This document shows, piece by piece, positions 17,047 to 25,431 of a DNA stretch of 37,403 bases; within the stretch, counting starts at the first letter, position 1, and each line of letters opens with the position of its first letter. Source of the stretch: Candidatus Magasanikiibacteriota bacterium (GTDB lineage: Bacteria; Patescibacteriota; Patescibacteriia; Magasanikbacterales; UBA922). The stretch covers positions 1-37,403 of the forward strand of contig WJJZ01000009.1 in NCBI GenBank assembly GCA_014729395.1, given 5' to 3'. The notes under the pieces were generated by a model. It had not been told where the DNA came from. It saw only the letters and a list, made by a program, of their open reading frames with translations, and made no database searches. The translations under genes were made by a program, and so were the position numbers.

Positions 17047-17213
17047 AGCTTTGATCCCGGCTATCACCGGGGGAGTTGCCGGAAGAAAACCTGTATCATA
17101 GGTAAGTAGAACCGGCCGGGTAAGCCCGTAATCGCTATATTAAGAGCCACTAAGTTGGAAATGAGGTGGTACCGCCCGGATGGGTCCTCATACACTGGTG
17201 GTTTTTGTTTTTT
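17047..17213 (+). promoter_or_regulatory. T-box riboswitch (Ile, AUC specifier) with ultrashort Stem I
   Basis: GATCCCGG CTATCA CCGGGGGAG Stem I with ATC at 17063-65; GGAAGAA...AGTAGAACC Stem II; CGGGTAAGCCCG Stem IIA/B; ATGAGG-TGGTACC-GCCC GGAT GGGT-CCTCAT discriminator; lies directly upstream of ileS. Confidence 0.92.
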
Positions 17214-17215
17214 AT

Positions 17216-17332
17216 AACTATACTATAATTATACAATAATTTGACGATAATTATACGATAATTTAACAATAATTATTTTTAAATTATGGTCAAATTATAT
17301 TTTAATTATTGTACAATTATTGTTAAATTTTT
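17216..17332. repeat. Inverted array of 11-bp units, gene-less copy 4
   Basis: Five left units (e.g. AATTATACAAT AATTTGACGAT AATTATACGAT AATTTAACAAT), then five right units (e.g. ATGGTCAAATT, ATTGTACAATT ATTGTTAAATT), ending 3 nt before the ATG. Confidence 0.92.
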
Positions 17333-20332
17333 ATGCCCTACAAAGCTAACAAAAATGAAAAAGAAGTCCTAAAATTTTGGGATGAAAATAAAATATTTGA
17401 AAAGTCGGTTGAATCAAAATCAAAGGATGAACCTTATGTTTTTTATGATGGGCCGCCTTTTGCTACGGGTTTGCCTCATTATGGTCATATTGTAGCTTCT
17501 CTTATAAAAGACACCGTACCAAGATTTTGGACAATGCGTGGATATAGAGTAGAGCGTGTTTGGGGTTGGGACTGTCATGGTTTGCCGATTGAAAATATTA
17601 TAGAAAAAGAGCTTGATCTCAAAACCAAGGATGATATTGAAAAATTTGGAATAGCTAAATTCAATGAAGCGGCCAGAAGTAAGGTGCTCATGTATGCGGA
17701 TGAATGGAAGAAAACCGTTCATAGAATGGGACGCTGGGTTGATATGGATAATGCCTACAAAACCATGGATATTGAATATATGGAAAGTATTTGGTGGGTA
17801 TTTAAGCAGCTTTGGGATAAAAAATTGATTTATGAAGGATATAAATCCATGCACATCTGTCCGCGCTGCGTGACGCCACTTTCAAATTTTGAAGTTACAC
17901 AGAATTATAAAGATATAAAAGATATTTCTGTTGTTGCTAAGTTCACAGTTCACAGTGGGCAGTTCACAGAAAAATTGAATTTGGATGGAAATCTATATAT
18001 TTTAGCTTGGACAACAACACCATGGACATTGCCGGGGAATGTTTTATTGGCTGTAGGAGAAGACATTGAATATTTGGTAGTAAATATTGATGGTAAAGAG
18101 GGTTCTTATATTGTTGCGAAAGATAGGGTTGAAGATATTGTGGGCGATGAGAAGTTTGAAGTAAAGAAAGAAATAAAAGGAAGTGAGTTGGTGGGTCTGG
18201 AATATGAACCACTATTTCCATATTTTGCAGATACGGAAAATGCTTTCAGAGTAGTCGCAGCTGATTTTGTGAATACTGAAGAGGGGACCGGTATTGTTCA
18301 TGTGGCACCGGCTTTTGGTCAAGACGATTATGAGCTGGGTCAGCGTGAAGAAACCGGCTGGATTCAGCACGTTACCATGGAAGGAAAATTTACAGAGGAT
18401 GTGTCAGATTTTGCCGGTCAGGAAGTGAAGCCAAAAGATGATCACAGTAAAGCGGACGTGGAGATTTTGAAATGGCTGGCGGCAAATAACAAACTTTTTT
18501 CCAAAATGAAATATGAACATAGCTATCCTCATTGTTGGCGTTGTGATACCCCGCTTCTAAATTACTCAACCGCTTCTTGGTTTGTAAAAGTAACTGATTT
18601 AAAAGAAGATCTGATTGAAAACAACAAAGAAATAACTTGGGTACCGGAACATATTAAAGAAGGTAGGTTTGGGAAGTGGCTGGAGGGAGCGAAGGATTGG
18701 GCGATTTCCAGAAATCGTTATTGGGGAACCCCGTTACCAGTTTGGCGTTGCCAAACTGAAAATCAGAAATCAGAAATCAGAAATCAGAAATTTTGTGATA
18801 ATTTGGTTATTATTGGTTCGGCGGAAGAACTTGAAAAAAGAACTAATCAAAAGGTGGATGACTTGCATAAACATATTGTTGATCAAATGGAATTTGAATG
18901 TGATAAATGCGGTGGCACTATGAAGCGTGTTCCTGAGGTGTTGGATTGTTGGTTTGAATCCGGTTCTATGCCTTATGGACAGATGCATTATCCTTTTGAC
19001 AATAAGCAAAAATTTGAAAAAGGTTTCCCGGCTGAATTTATTGCCGAAGGCCAAGATCAAACTCGAGGCTGGTTTTATACTTTGCATGTTTTGGCGACTG
19101 CCCTAACTCGTGGGAGTGAGCCGTCAATTCCTGTTGGTAGAACCACTTCTTCATTTAAAAATGTAATTGTAAACGGAATAGTATTGGCAGAAGATGGCAA
19201 GAAAATGAGTAAGAGATTACAGAATTACCCGGATCCAATGGAAGTCCTGGAAAAATATGGAGCTGATGCCATGAGATACTATCTCGTTAGCTCACCCGTG
19301 ATGCATGCCGAAAGTCTAAATTTTTCTGAAGAGGGGGTAAGGGAGGTTTATAACAAAGTTTGTAATACCTTGTGGAATGTTTTTAGTTTTTACCGTATGT
19401 TCAGTACCGATTCCACTGATTTAAAAACAGATTATGCGGATTCGGAAAATGTGCTGGATAGGTGGGTTTTGGCGAAATTAAATATTTTGATAAGAGATGT
19501 GACCAAAGGCATGGAAGAATATAAATTGGCGGAAGCCAGCCGACCTATACTTGAATTTGTTACCGAACTTTCTCAATGGTATGTAAGACGTTCGCGTGAC
19601 AGATTCAAAGGTGAAGATGAGAGAGATAAGCAAGCAGCGATTACAACTTTGCGCGAGGTTTTATTGACTCTCTCCAAAGTAATGGCGCCGTTTACCCCTT
19701 TTATGGCTGAGCAGATTTATCAGTATACAGTGGGCAGTTCACAGCCAACAGGGTTTGGTGATTCAGTACACTTGCAAGAGTGGCCGGAGGTGGACAATAG
19801 TAAGATTGATAGTAAAATTTTAAAAGATATGGAAATGGTAAGAAAAATTGTGGAGTTGGGTTTGTCTGCCAGAAAAGATGCTGGTGTAAAGGTGAGACAG
19901 CCTTTGAGTCAATTAGCAATTAACAATGAACAATTAACAAAGGATTTATTGGAGATTATTGCAGACGAACTAAACGTGAAATCCGTAGAGATGATCGACA
20001 GTGCGTCTCAGGGCAAGGACTGGGTTGAAAAAGAGGACGGTAATTTGAAGGTAGCTTTGAATGTAAAAATTGATGAAGAATTAAAGAAAGAAGGTATGGT
20101 ACGGGAGATAGTCAGGGCTATTAATTTAATCAGAAAAGAAAAAGGATATACTATTGATGATAGGATAAAGGTGAGTTATAAGACTTCTGATCCCATGCTT
20201 AGTGTGGTATTGGCTGATTTTAATGATGAAATTTGTAAAGGTGTTTTGGCTGATGAAATAATTGAAGGTGAAGGGGAAAAGGAAGTTGAAGTAAATGATA
20301 GTACTGTGAGTTTGAAAGTGGAGAGTGTTTAA
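17333..20332 (+). CDS. ileS: Isoleucine--tRNA ligase, type 2 (eukaryote/archaea-like)
   Basis: DGPPFATGLPHYGH, GWDCHGLP, WTTTPWTLP, DWAISRNRYWGTP, DQTRGWF and KMSK motifs. Confidence 0.97.
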   Translation: MPYKANKNEKEVLKFWDENKIFEKSVESKSKDEPYVFYDGPPFATGLPHYGHIVASLIKDTVPRFWTMRGYRVERVWGWDCHGLPIENIIEKELDLKTKDDIEKFGIAKFNEAARSKVLMYADEWKKTVHRMGRWVDMDNAYKTMDIEYMESIWWVFKQLWDKKLIYEGYKSMHICPRCVTPLSNFEVTQNYKDIKDISVVAKFTVHSGQFTEKLNLDGNLYILAWTTTPWTLPGNVLLAVGEDIEYLVVNIDGKEGSYIVAKDRVEDIVGDEKFEVKKEIKGSELVGLEYEPLFPYFADTENAFRVVAADFVNTEEGTGIVHVAPAFGQDDYELGQREETGWIQHVTMEGKFTEDVSDFAGQEVKPKDDHSKADVEILKWLAANNKLFSKMKYEHSYPHCWRCDTPLLNYSTASWFVKVTDLKEDLIENNKEITWVPEHIKEGRFGKWLEGAKDWAISRNRYWGTPLPVWRCQTENQKSEIRNQKFCDNLVIIGSAEELEKRTNQKVDDLHKHIVDQMEFECDKCGGTMKRVPEVLDCWFESGSMPYGQMHYPFDNKQKFEKGFPAEFIAEGQDQTRGWFYTLHVLATALTRGSEPSIPVGRTTSSFKNVIVNGIVLAEDGKKMSKRLQNYPDPMEVLEKYGADAMRYYLVSSPVMHAESLNFSEEGVREVYNKVCNTLWNVFSFYRMFSTDSTDLKTDYADSENVLDRWVLAKLNILIRDVTKGMEEYKLAEASRPILEFVTELSQWYVRRSRDRFKGEDERDKQAAITTLREVLLTLSKVMAPFTPFMAEQIYQYTVGSSQPTGFGDSVHLQEWPEVDNSKIDSKILKDMEMVRKIVELGLSARKDAGVKVRQPLSQLAINNEQLTKDLLEIIADELNVKSVEMIDSASQGKDWVEKEDGNLKVALNVKIDEELKKEGMVREIVRAINLIRKEKGYTIDDRIKVSYKTSDPMLSVVLADFNDEICKGVLADEIIEGEGEKEVEVNDSTVSLKVESV
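17940..17969 (+). repeat. In-frame heptamer tandem repeat in ileS
   Basis: AGTTCAC AGTTCAC AGTGGGC AGTTCAC AG (KFTVHSGQFT). Confidence 0.8.
18753..18790 (+). repeat. In-frame heptamer tandem repeat in ileS
   Basis: AAACTGA then four perfect AAATCAG units (QTENQKSEIRNQK). Confidence 0.92.
19405..19443 (+). repeat. In-frame nonamer-like repeat in ileS
   Basis: TACCGATTC CACTGATTT AAA AACAGATTA TGCGGATTC (TDSTDLKTDYADS). Confidence 0.55.
19721..19751 (+). repeat. In-frame heptamer tandem repeat in ileS
   Basis: CAGTATA CAGTGGG CAGTTCA CAGCCAA CAG; shares ACAGTGGGCAGTTCACAG (18 nt) with 17952-17969. Confidence 0.8.
19910..19940 (+). repeat. In-frame heptamer tandem repeat in ileS
   Basis: CAATTAG CAATTAA CAATGAA CAATTAA CAA (QLAINNEQLT). 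Confidence 0.82.
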
Positions 20333-20347
20333 TAAAAAATTAAATAT

Positions 20348-20385
20348 AAAAAATCCCGCTAATCATGCGGGGTTTTTATTTTTTT
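20348..20385 (+). terminator. Intrinsic terminator after ileS
   Basis: AAAAATCCCGC TAATCAT GCGGGGTTTTT. Confidence 0.8.
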
Positions 20386-20446
20386 CTGTTTAGCTTCTTT
20401 GGAAGGCAAATTCAAAACCGCCGGCTTATTTGCTGGTGGTTGATTA

Positions 20447-21073
20447 TTATTTTTTTAAAATTTCCAGTGTTTTTTTGGCTGTGACTGTTCTGCCAAACAT
20501 TTTTGGCCATAGCCATTTTTTCATCAAGGCCTGTAATTCTTGCCTGGTTGGATTATCTGTGGTTTCGATCAAATTTTTTACAATAATAAAATTGTAACCA
20601 CTTGAGAAACCACCCTGTATGGTGGCGTGAACACAACCGTCTCCAAATACCCCGGTAATTATTAAATATTTTACCCCCAGTTTTTTGAGATTTTTATCCA
20701 TTTTTTTATTACTAAAGGCGTCATAACTATTTTTTGTAATAATAATGTCATCTTTCTCCGGTTTAAGTTGGAAAAAATTATTACTAAATCCGGTTTTATC
20801 TTTTGAATAATATCTACATGCCGGATTTTTATACAATTCAACAATATTTTTTTTCAGATTTTCTTCAATCCAGACAGGGTAATTTACGTATATAACTTTA
20901 CCACCTAATTTTTTATAATCTTTAATAAATTTTTTTAATTTAGGTACCATTCTTCTAATTTTTTTAAATGTCATTTTCCACTTTTCCACTTCGCAGTTTT
21001 CATGACAGCAAGAATTTAGTACATCAATCACCAGTAGGGCGGTTTCTCCTATTTTAATATTGTTATTTTTCAT
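20447..21073 (-). CDS. Isochorismatase-family cysteine hydrolase
   Basis: ALLVID, TKNSYDAF and TGVFGDGCV give the D-K-C triad. Confidence 0.9.
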   Translation of the reverse strand: MKNNNIKIGETALLVIDVLNSCCHENCEVEKWKMTFKKIRRMVPKLKKFIKDYKKLGGKVIYVNYPVWIEENLKKNIVELYKNPACRYYSKDKTGFSNNFFQLKPEKDDIIITKNSYDAFSNKKMDKNLKKLGVKYLIITGVFGDGCVHATIQGGFSSGYNFIIVKNLIETTDNPTRQELQALMKKWLWPKMFGRTVTAKKTLEILKK

Positions 21074-21680
21074 ATTTTTTTATTATCCAAGGAAATTTTA
21101 GCTGACAAAGTGTATATTTTTGTTTATCTGAAATTTGACAAGCCAGTCTATCATTTATTCTTTTAAGAATATATCTGATATGGGTATTATAGTTTGTTGT
21201 TTTCGGTAGAAGGTAATGTTTTATTTTATGTTTTTTTAAAAGTTTTTTGATTTTTTTGTCTATCGCTTTTCTAAAGTCTTCATCAGTGGTTCTAAATCCG
21301 TCATCTTTGGCATTAATTTCCAGTTTTCTTGTTTTGAATACCAGATCATATGTACTCATATGTTCAACCGCTCTGGCTTCCCACTCGGAAATATCTCGGT
21401 CAGATACGGCGTTTTGAAAATAGGCAAAGTTGTCCAGGGTGGCTCGGTCGCAAATAAATATTTTATCTTCGTGGTTGACTCCATTTTCTTGTTCCAGATG
21501 TTTGGCTTGTATCCAGGCTTGCGCTTCATAGCTGGTTCTTTCGTTGACCGGAAAAGGACATTCGCGAGAAAGTTCAAATAAAATCGTGGTTCTAAAACCT
21601 AATTGTTTTATTCTTTCATCCAACTTTTGGATTATGGTGGTTTTTCCGGTGGAGTGTGTGCCTATAATGGCTATTTTCAT
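21063..21680 (-). CDS. P-loop nucleotide kinase-like ATPase (AAA_28 / NadR kinase-like)
   Basis: IAIIGTHSTGKTT, ICDRATLD, YDLVF and DDGFR motifs. Confidence 0.82.
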   Translation of the reverse strand: MKIAIIGTHSTGKTTIIQKLDERIKQLGFRTTILFELSRECPFPVNERTSYEAQAWIQAKHLEQENGVNHEDKIFICDRATLDNFAYFQNAVSDRDISEWEARAVEHMSTYDLVFKTRKLEINAKDDGFRTTDEDFRKAIDKKIKKLLKKHKIKHYLLPKTTNYNTHIRYILKRINDRLACQISDKQKYTLCQLKFPWIIKKYEK

Positions 21681-21716
21681 GTTTGTTTATTATGTTTGCT
21701 TCATTATACTCTATAA

Positions 21717-21745
21717 TTGACGTGAAGTTAAGAGCGGGGTAGAAT
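21717..21745 (+). promoter_or_regulatory. Probable promoter for the NIF3-U32-ruvA run
   Basis: TTGACG-17bp-TAGAAT. Confidence 0.65.
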
Positions 21746-21753
21746 GAAGTATA

Positions 21754-21804
21754 TAGAATCTGGAATCTAAAATTAAGAATCTAGATTATAAATTTTAAAT
21801 TCTA
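21754..21804. repeat. Inverted heptamer array (TAGAATY type)
   Basis: TAGAATC TGGAATC TAAAATT AAGAATC TA GATTATA AATTTTA AATTCTA. Confidence 0.8.
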
Positions 21805-21814
21805 ATTTAATATT

Positions 21815-22771
21815 ATGTTGAACGTAAATGAAATTTTTGAACTCGGTTTGAATATGGGGATTAAAGCCGACCCCAGAGGTAAAAAAGGAATCAAAGAGTA
21901 CTTGGAAAGCATCGCAAAACAATACAAAGACATGAAGCCCAAAGAAAAAAAATATTTTGATAAAGAAAAACTAACTAATCCATATTCGGATAGTCGAATT
22001 CATGTTTATGACAAGAAAACTCAAGTAAAACGAGTAATGGCTGGTATCGATATTGGTGATGGGGAGGTTTTGCTCGCCAGTCAACTCGGAGAAAGAGACA
22101 AAAAAATTGATTTGGTAATAGCTCATCATCCTATAGGATCAAGTTTGGCAGATTTGCATACAGTCATGGATATGCAGGTGGATGTGTTTGTAAAAGCGGG
22201 GGTGCCGGTACATGTGGCGGAAAAAATTATGGAAGAAAGAGTTAACGAAGTGGGGAGAGGCGTGCACCCGATAAATCATTACAAAATAATCAATTTGGCC
22301 GAATTATTAAAAGTTAATTTGATAAATACACACACAATCACTGATAATCTTGTTACAGAATATCTGGAAAAATTTATTAGTAAAAGAAAACCACGACTGG
22401 TTGGAGATTTGGTCGATGTTTTGCTTGAAATTCCGGAATATCAAGAAGCAAAAAAGCGCGGAGCCGGTCCAAGTATTTTTACTGGTAATCCAAAACATCG
22501 GGTGGGTGACCACTTGGTTGAGATGACAGGTGGTACCAGTCCGTCAGATAAGGTGTACCAAGAATTATCTCATTATGGAATAAGTACGATTGTCGGTATG
22601 CATATGAAAGACGCAGCCAGAAAACATGCCAATAAACATCATATGAATGTTGTAATTGCCGGTCATATGGCATCTGATTCGCTGGGTATGAATTTGTTTT
22701 TGGATGAGTTAGAGAAAAAAGGAGTTGAGATTGTACCGTGCAGCGGATTGATTAGGGTTAGTAGGAATTAA
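21815..22771 (+). CDS. NIF3-like dinuclear metal-binding protein
   Basis: AGID, IAHHP, HTITD and IAGHMASD motifs. Confidence 0.85.
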   Translation: MLNVNEIFELGLNMGIKADPRGKKGIKEYLESIAKQYKDMKPKEKKYFDKEKLTNPYSDSRIHVYDKKTQVKRVMAGIDIGDGEVLLASQLGERDKKIDLVIAHHPIGSSLADLHTVMDMQVDVFVKAGVPVHVAEKIMEERVNEVGRGVHPINHYKIINLAELLKVNLINTHTITDNLVTEYLEKFISKRKPRLVGDLVDVLLEIPEYQEAKKRGAGPSIFTGNPKHRVGDHLVEMTGGTSPSDKVYQELSHYGISTIVGMHMKDAARKHANKHHMNVVIAGHMASDSLGMNLFLDELEKKGVEIVPCSGLIRVSRN

Positions 22772-22797
22772 CGATACCCCCATTCCAATATCATCAG

Positions 22798-22915
22798 GCA
22801 ACCCACCCCCCACCCCCTCCCTTAAAAAGGGAGGGGGAAATTACTAAGCCAAGTTTGATAAACTTTTTTTGCAAGCTCTCTCCCCTTTTTAAGGGGAGGG
22901 TTGGGGAGGGGTTGC
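22798..22915. repeat. GC-rich palindromic inverted-repeat element
   Basis: GCAACCCACCCCCCACCCCCTCCCTTAAAAAGGGAGGGGG (22798-22837) is inverted to 22876-22915; each arm has an internal hairpin. Confidence 0.88.
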
Positions 22916-22942
22916 AGAGGGCTTGCCCAAAATTATAAAATT

Positions 22943-24229
22943 ATGAACAGAACAAAAATAGAATTACTAGCTCCGGCAGGTAGTATTGAAAAAATGCGTT
23001 ATGCCTTTGCCTATGGTGCGGACGCGGTATATATGGGAATACCGGATTTTAGTTTACGAGTTAGGATAAATAATTTTACATTGGACACGGTAGAGCAAGC
23101 AATTAAAGAAGCACATGATCTGGGCAAGAAAATTTATGTGACGATAAATATATATGCCCACAACGAACATTTGAAAAACCTGCCTGATTATTTGAAAAAA
23201 TTAAAAAAAATGAAACCGGATGCTTTTATTATATCTGATCCCGGTGTAATGCAATTTGCCAAAAAATATGCCGGCCAAATTCCAATCCATGTATCCACAC
23301 AAGCTAATGTTACCAATTGGTCGGCTGCTAAATTTTGGCACAGCCAAGGAGTGGAGAGAGTAATACTCGGCAGGGAAGTGTCAATAGAAGAAATAAAAGA
23401 AATACATGAAAAAGTACCGGAATTGGAACTGGAGCATTTTATCCATGGCGCTATGTGTATGAGCTATTCGGGTCGTTGTATGCTTAGTTCTTGGCTTACG
23501 GGTAGGTCGGCAAACTTGGGAGATTGTGCTCAGCCCTGCCGTTGGAAGTATTCTCCACAATTAGCCGAGCACCATGTTTTAAGTGCAGAGGTGGAAGAAC
23601 CGTTGCGTCCGGGAGTTAAAATACCGGTGGAAGAAGACAAAAATGGTACCTATATTTTCAATTCCAAAGATATGTGTATGATAGAATATTTGCCGGAAAT
23701 GATAGAAACCGGTCTTGTGAGTTTTAAAATTGAGGGGAGAGCGAAAAGTCCTGCTTATTTGGCAAGTGTTGTAAAAGCATATAGACAAGCCTTTGATATG
23801 TTAGAGGGTGAAATAGACAAAAAGAAAGCCAAGAAGAAATTAAAGAAAATAAAAAAAGAAATCTTAGACAAATTGGTTCATCGAGGTTATACGACCGGCT
23901 TTGCTTTTGGTAAAGAGTCAGTAGAACAAAATATTGATAATAGCCATATTGGTGGGGAAGAGCAATTTGTGGGAGAAGTGCTGAACTGTAAAAAACATGA
24001 TAAAAACTATTTGGTTAAAATCAGACCACACAATGCTATTAAACTTGGTGATGAACTAAGAATCATGCGGCCTAAAAGTGAAGATGTTCGGTTAACTATT
24101 AAAAACATGTATAATGAGAAGGGAGAAGAGATTGAAAGCGGACACGGGGGTGCGGGGAAGAATGTTGTATTAGAGTTGGATAGAGGGGTGGAGGAGTTTG
24201 GGATTGTATTTAAGAATTTGGAATTATAA
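22943..24229 (+). CDS. Peptidase U32 family protein (TrhP/YegQ-like tRNA hydroxylation protein)
   Basis: ATG 22943; ELLAPAG, HVSTQANVTN, HGAMCMSYSGRC...CAQPCRW Fe-S motif and SFKIEGR. Confidence 0.9.
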   Translation: MNRTKIELLAPAGSIEKMRYAFAYGADAVYMGIPDFSLRVRINNFTLDTVEQAIKEAHDLGKKIYVTINIYAHNEHLKNLPDYLKKLKKMKPDAFIISDPGVMQFAKKYAGQIPIHVSTQANVTNWSAAKFWHSQGVERVILGREVSIEEIKEIHEKVPELELEHFIHGAMCMSYSGRCMLSSWLTGRSANLGDCAQPCRWKYSPQLAEHHVLSAEVEEPLRPGVKIPVEEDKNGTYIFNSKDMCMIEYLPEMIETGLVSFKIEGRAKSPAYLASVVKAYRQAFDMLEGEIDKKKAKKKLKKIKKEILDKLVHRGYTTGFAFGKESVEQNIDNSHIGGEEQFVGEVLNCKKHDKNYLVKIRPHNAIKLGDELRIMRPKSEDVRLTIKNMYNEKGEEIESGHGGAGKNVVLELDRGVEEFGIVFKNLEL

Positions 24230-24313
24230 ATTTTGAATTTTGAATCAATTTTAAATTCATTAATTAAATAATTAAGAATTCAATCAAAATTTTAAACTCA
24301 AAATTCGAAATTC
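24212..24313. repeat. Inverted heptamer array (TTGAATT/AAAATTC type)
   Basis: AAGAATT TGGAATT ATAAATT TTGAATT TTGAATC ... AAAATTT TAAACTC AAAATTC GAAATTC; contains the U32 stop and ends 5 nt before the ruvA ATG. Confidence 0.88.
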
Positions 24314-24318
24314 TACAT

Positions 24319-24897
24319 ATGATTAGTTTTATAAAAGGAAAAATTTTAAATAAAGAAAAAAATCTTATTACAGTGATGACATCTGGTGGTCTTGGCTTTG
24401 AAATAAATCTATCAAACCTGCATGCCGGTGAATTAAAGATGGATCAAGAAGTAGAATTAAATACTTATTTAAAAGTCAGTGAGAATGCAATGGAATTATA
24501 CGGCTTTAGAACTATGGAAGAAAAAGATTTTTTTGGGCTTTTATTATCAGTTTCCGGAATTGGTCCAAAGGGAGCTATGAATGTGCTTAATTTGGGTTCA
24601 ATCGAACAGATTCAGTCAGCTATCTCAAGAGGCGATACCGCTTATCTTACACAAGTGCAGGGAATGGGAAAGAAGACCGCGGAGAGAGTGGTTGTGGAAC
24701 TCAAGTCAAAAATCAGCAAGCAGCCGGTCGTTAGCGGTAAGCGAGATGAAAAACAAGGAGAAAAATTGGGGGAAGTTATGGATGGTTTGGTTGCTATGGG
24801 GTATTCAAAAGATGAAGCGAAAAGGGCGGTAGTCGGTTTGGAAACAGAAGATAAAACAACAGAAGAATTATTGAAACAAGCTTTAAGTAATAAATAA
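24319..24897 (+). CDS. ruvA: Holliday junction DNA-binding protein RuvA
   Basis: MISFIKG, LYGF, LLSVSGIGPKGA, GMGKKTAERVVVELK and LVAMGYS motifs. Confidence 0.96.
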   Translation: MISFIKGKILNKEKNLITVMTSGGLGFEINLSNLHAGELKMDQEVELNTYLKVSENAMELYGFRTMEEKDFFGLLLSVSGIGPKGAMNVLNLGSIEQIQSAISRGDTAYLTQVQGMGKKTAERVVVELKSKISKQPVVSGKRDEKQGEKLGEVMDGLVAMGYSKDEAKRAVVGLETEDKTTEELLKQALSNK

Positions 24898-24898
24898 A

Positions 24899-24922
24899 AA
24901 AAGCATCTTTTTCGGATGCTTT
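24899..24922. terminator. Bidirectional terminator
   Basis: AAAGCATC TTTTTCG GATGCTTT. Confidence 0.65.
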
Positions 24923-24945
24923 GCTTTGGTCGACCCTATTTTTTA

Positions 24946-25275
24946 TCAGTGCGCAATATCTAGCGCTTTGACATAATTTGAGGTCTCAAATAGATAATAA
25001 TCGTCACGAACATAAATAACCAGATTGCTGCTAGGATTTTTTTTTATTTGAAATCCACGACCCGTAACTTTTTTCATTATAGAAATTACGGCTTCTATAG
25101 AATACATCATGGAACTAGACACCAATAATTTATCATCACCGTCCCAATCAACTAGGGTTAGTTGGCCATGTTCGTTTTCCGGCAGGCGGAACATCTGACA
25201 TGTTTTTGAGTTTCTATCAAAAACAAGTTTAACCACCTTTTGCATATCATTGGGCCTTGTTTCCGGTCGAGACAT
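24946..25275 (-). CDS. Hypothetical protein (109 aa)
   Basis: ATG at 25275 preceded by AAGGAGGT; no recognisable motif. Confidence 0.7.
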   Translation of the reverse strand: MSRPETRPNDMQKVVKLVFDRNSKTCQMFRLPENEHGQLTLVDWDGDDKLLVSSSMMYSIEAVISIMKKVTGRGFQIKKNPSSNLVIYVRDDYYLFETSNYVKALDIAH

Positions 25276-25382
25276 ATTACCTCCTTTTTTAAAGATCTTT
25301 TTCGATTGCGAGAATAAATTATCACTAAAAATATAAAAAGTCAATCAAAAATATTAATTAAATTATAGAGACATTAAAGTAT

Positions 25383-25411
25383 AAAACACACCCGGAGAAT
25401 AGGTGTGTTTT
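25383..25411 (-). terminator. Terminator after gyrA
   Basis: AAACACACC CGGAGAATA GGTGTGTTT hairpin. Confidence 0.65.
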
Positions 25412-25431
25412 GATTTTTTATTATTTTTTAG

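Noticed and set aside
17216-17332. 11-bp arrays as CRISPR or iteron/oriC repeats
   Set aside because: Units are contiguous with no unique spacers, there are no cas or rep genes, and copies are dispersed at gene junctions.
22901-22942. Longer N-termini in the ORF track (589, 6776, 22901, 25344, 27960, 32306)
   Set aside because: The extensions translate repeat, terminator or UTR sequence; recognisable motifs or SD sites point to the downstream ATGs.
24714-24744. Possible heptamer patch in the RuvA linker (CAGCAAG CAGCCGG TCGTTAG CGGTAAG)
   Set aside because: Too degenerate to distinguish from chance by eye, although the position in a flexible linker would fit the ileS pattern.
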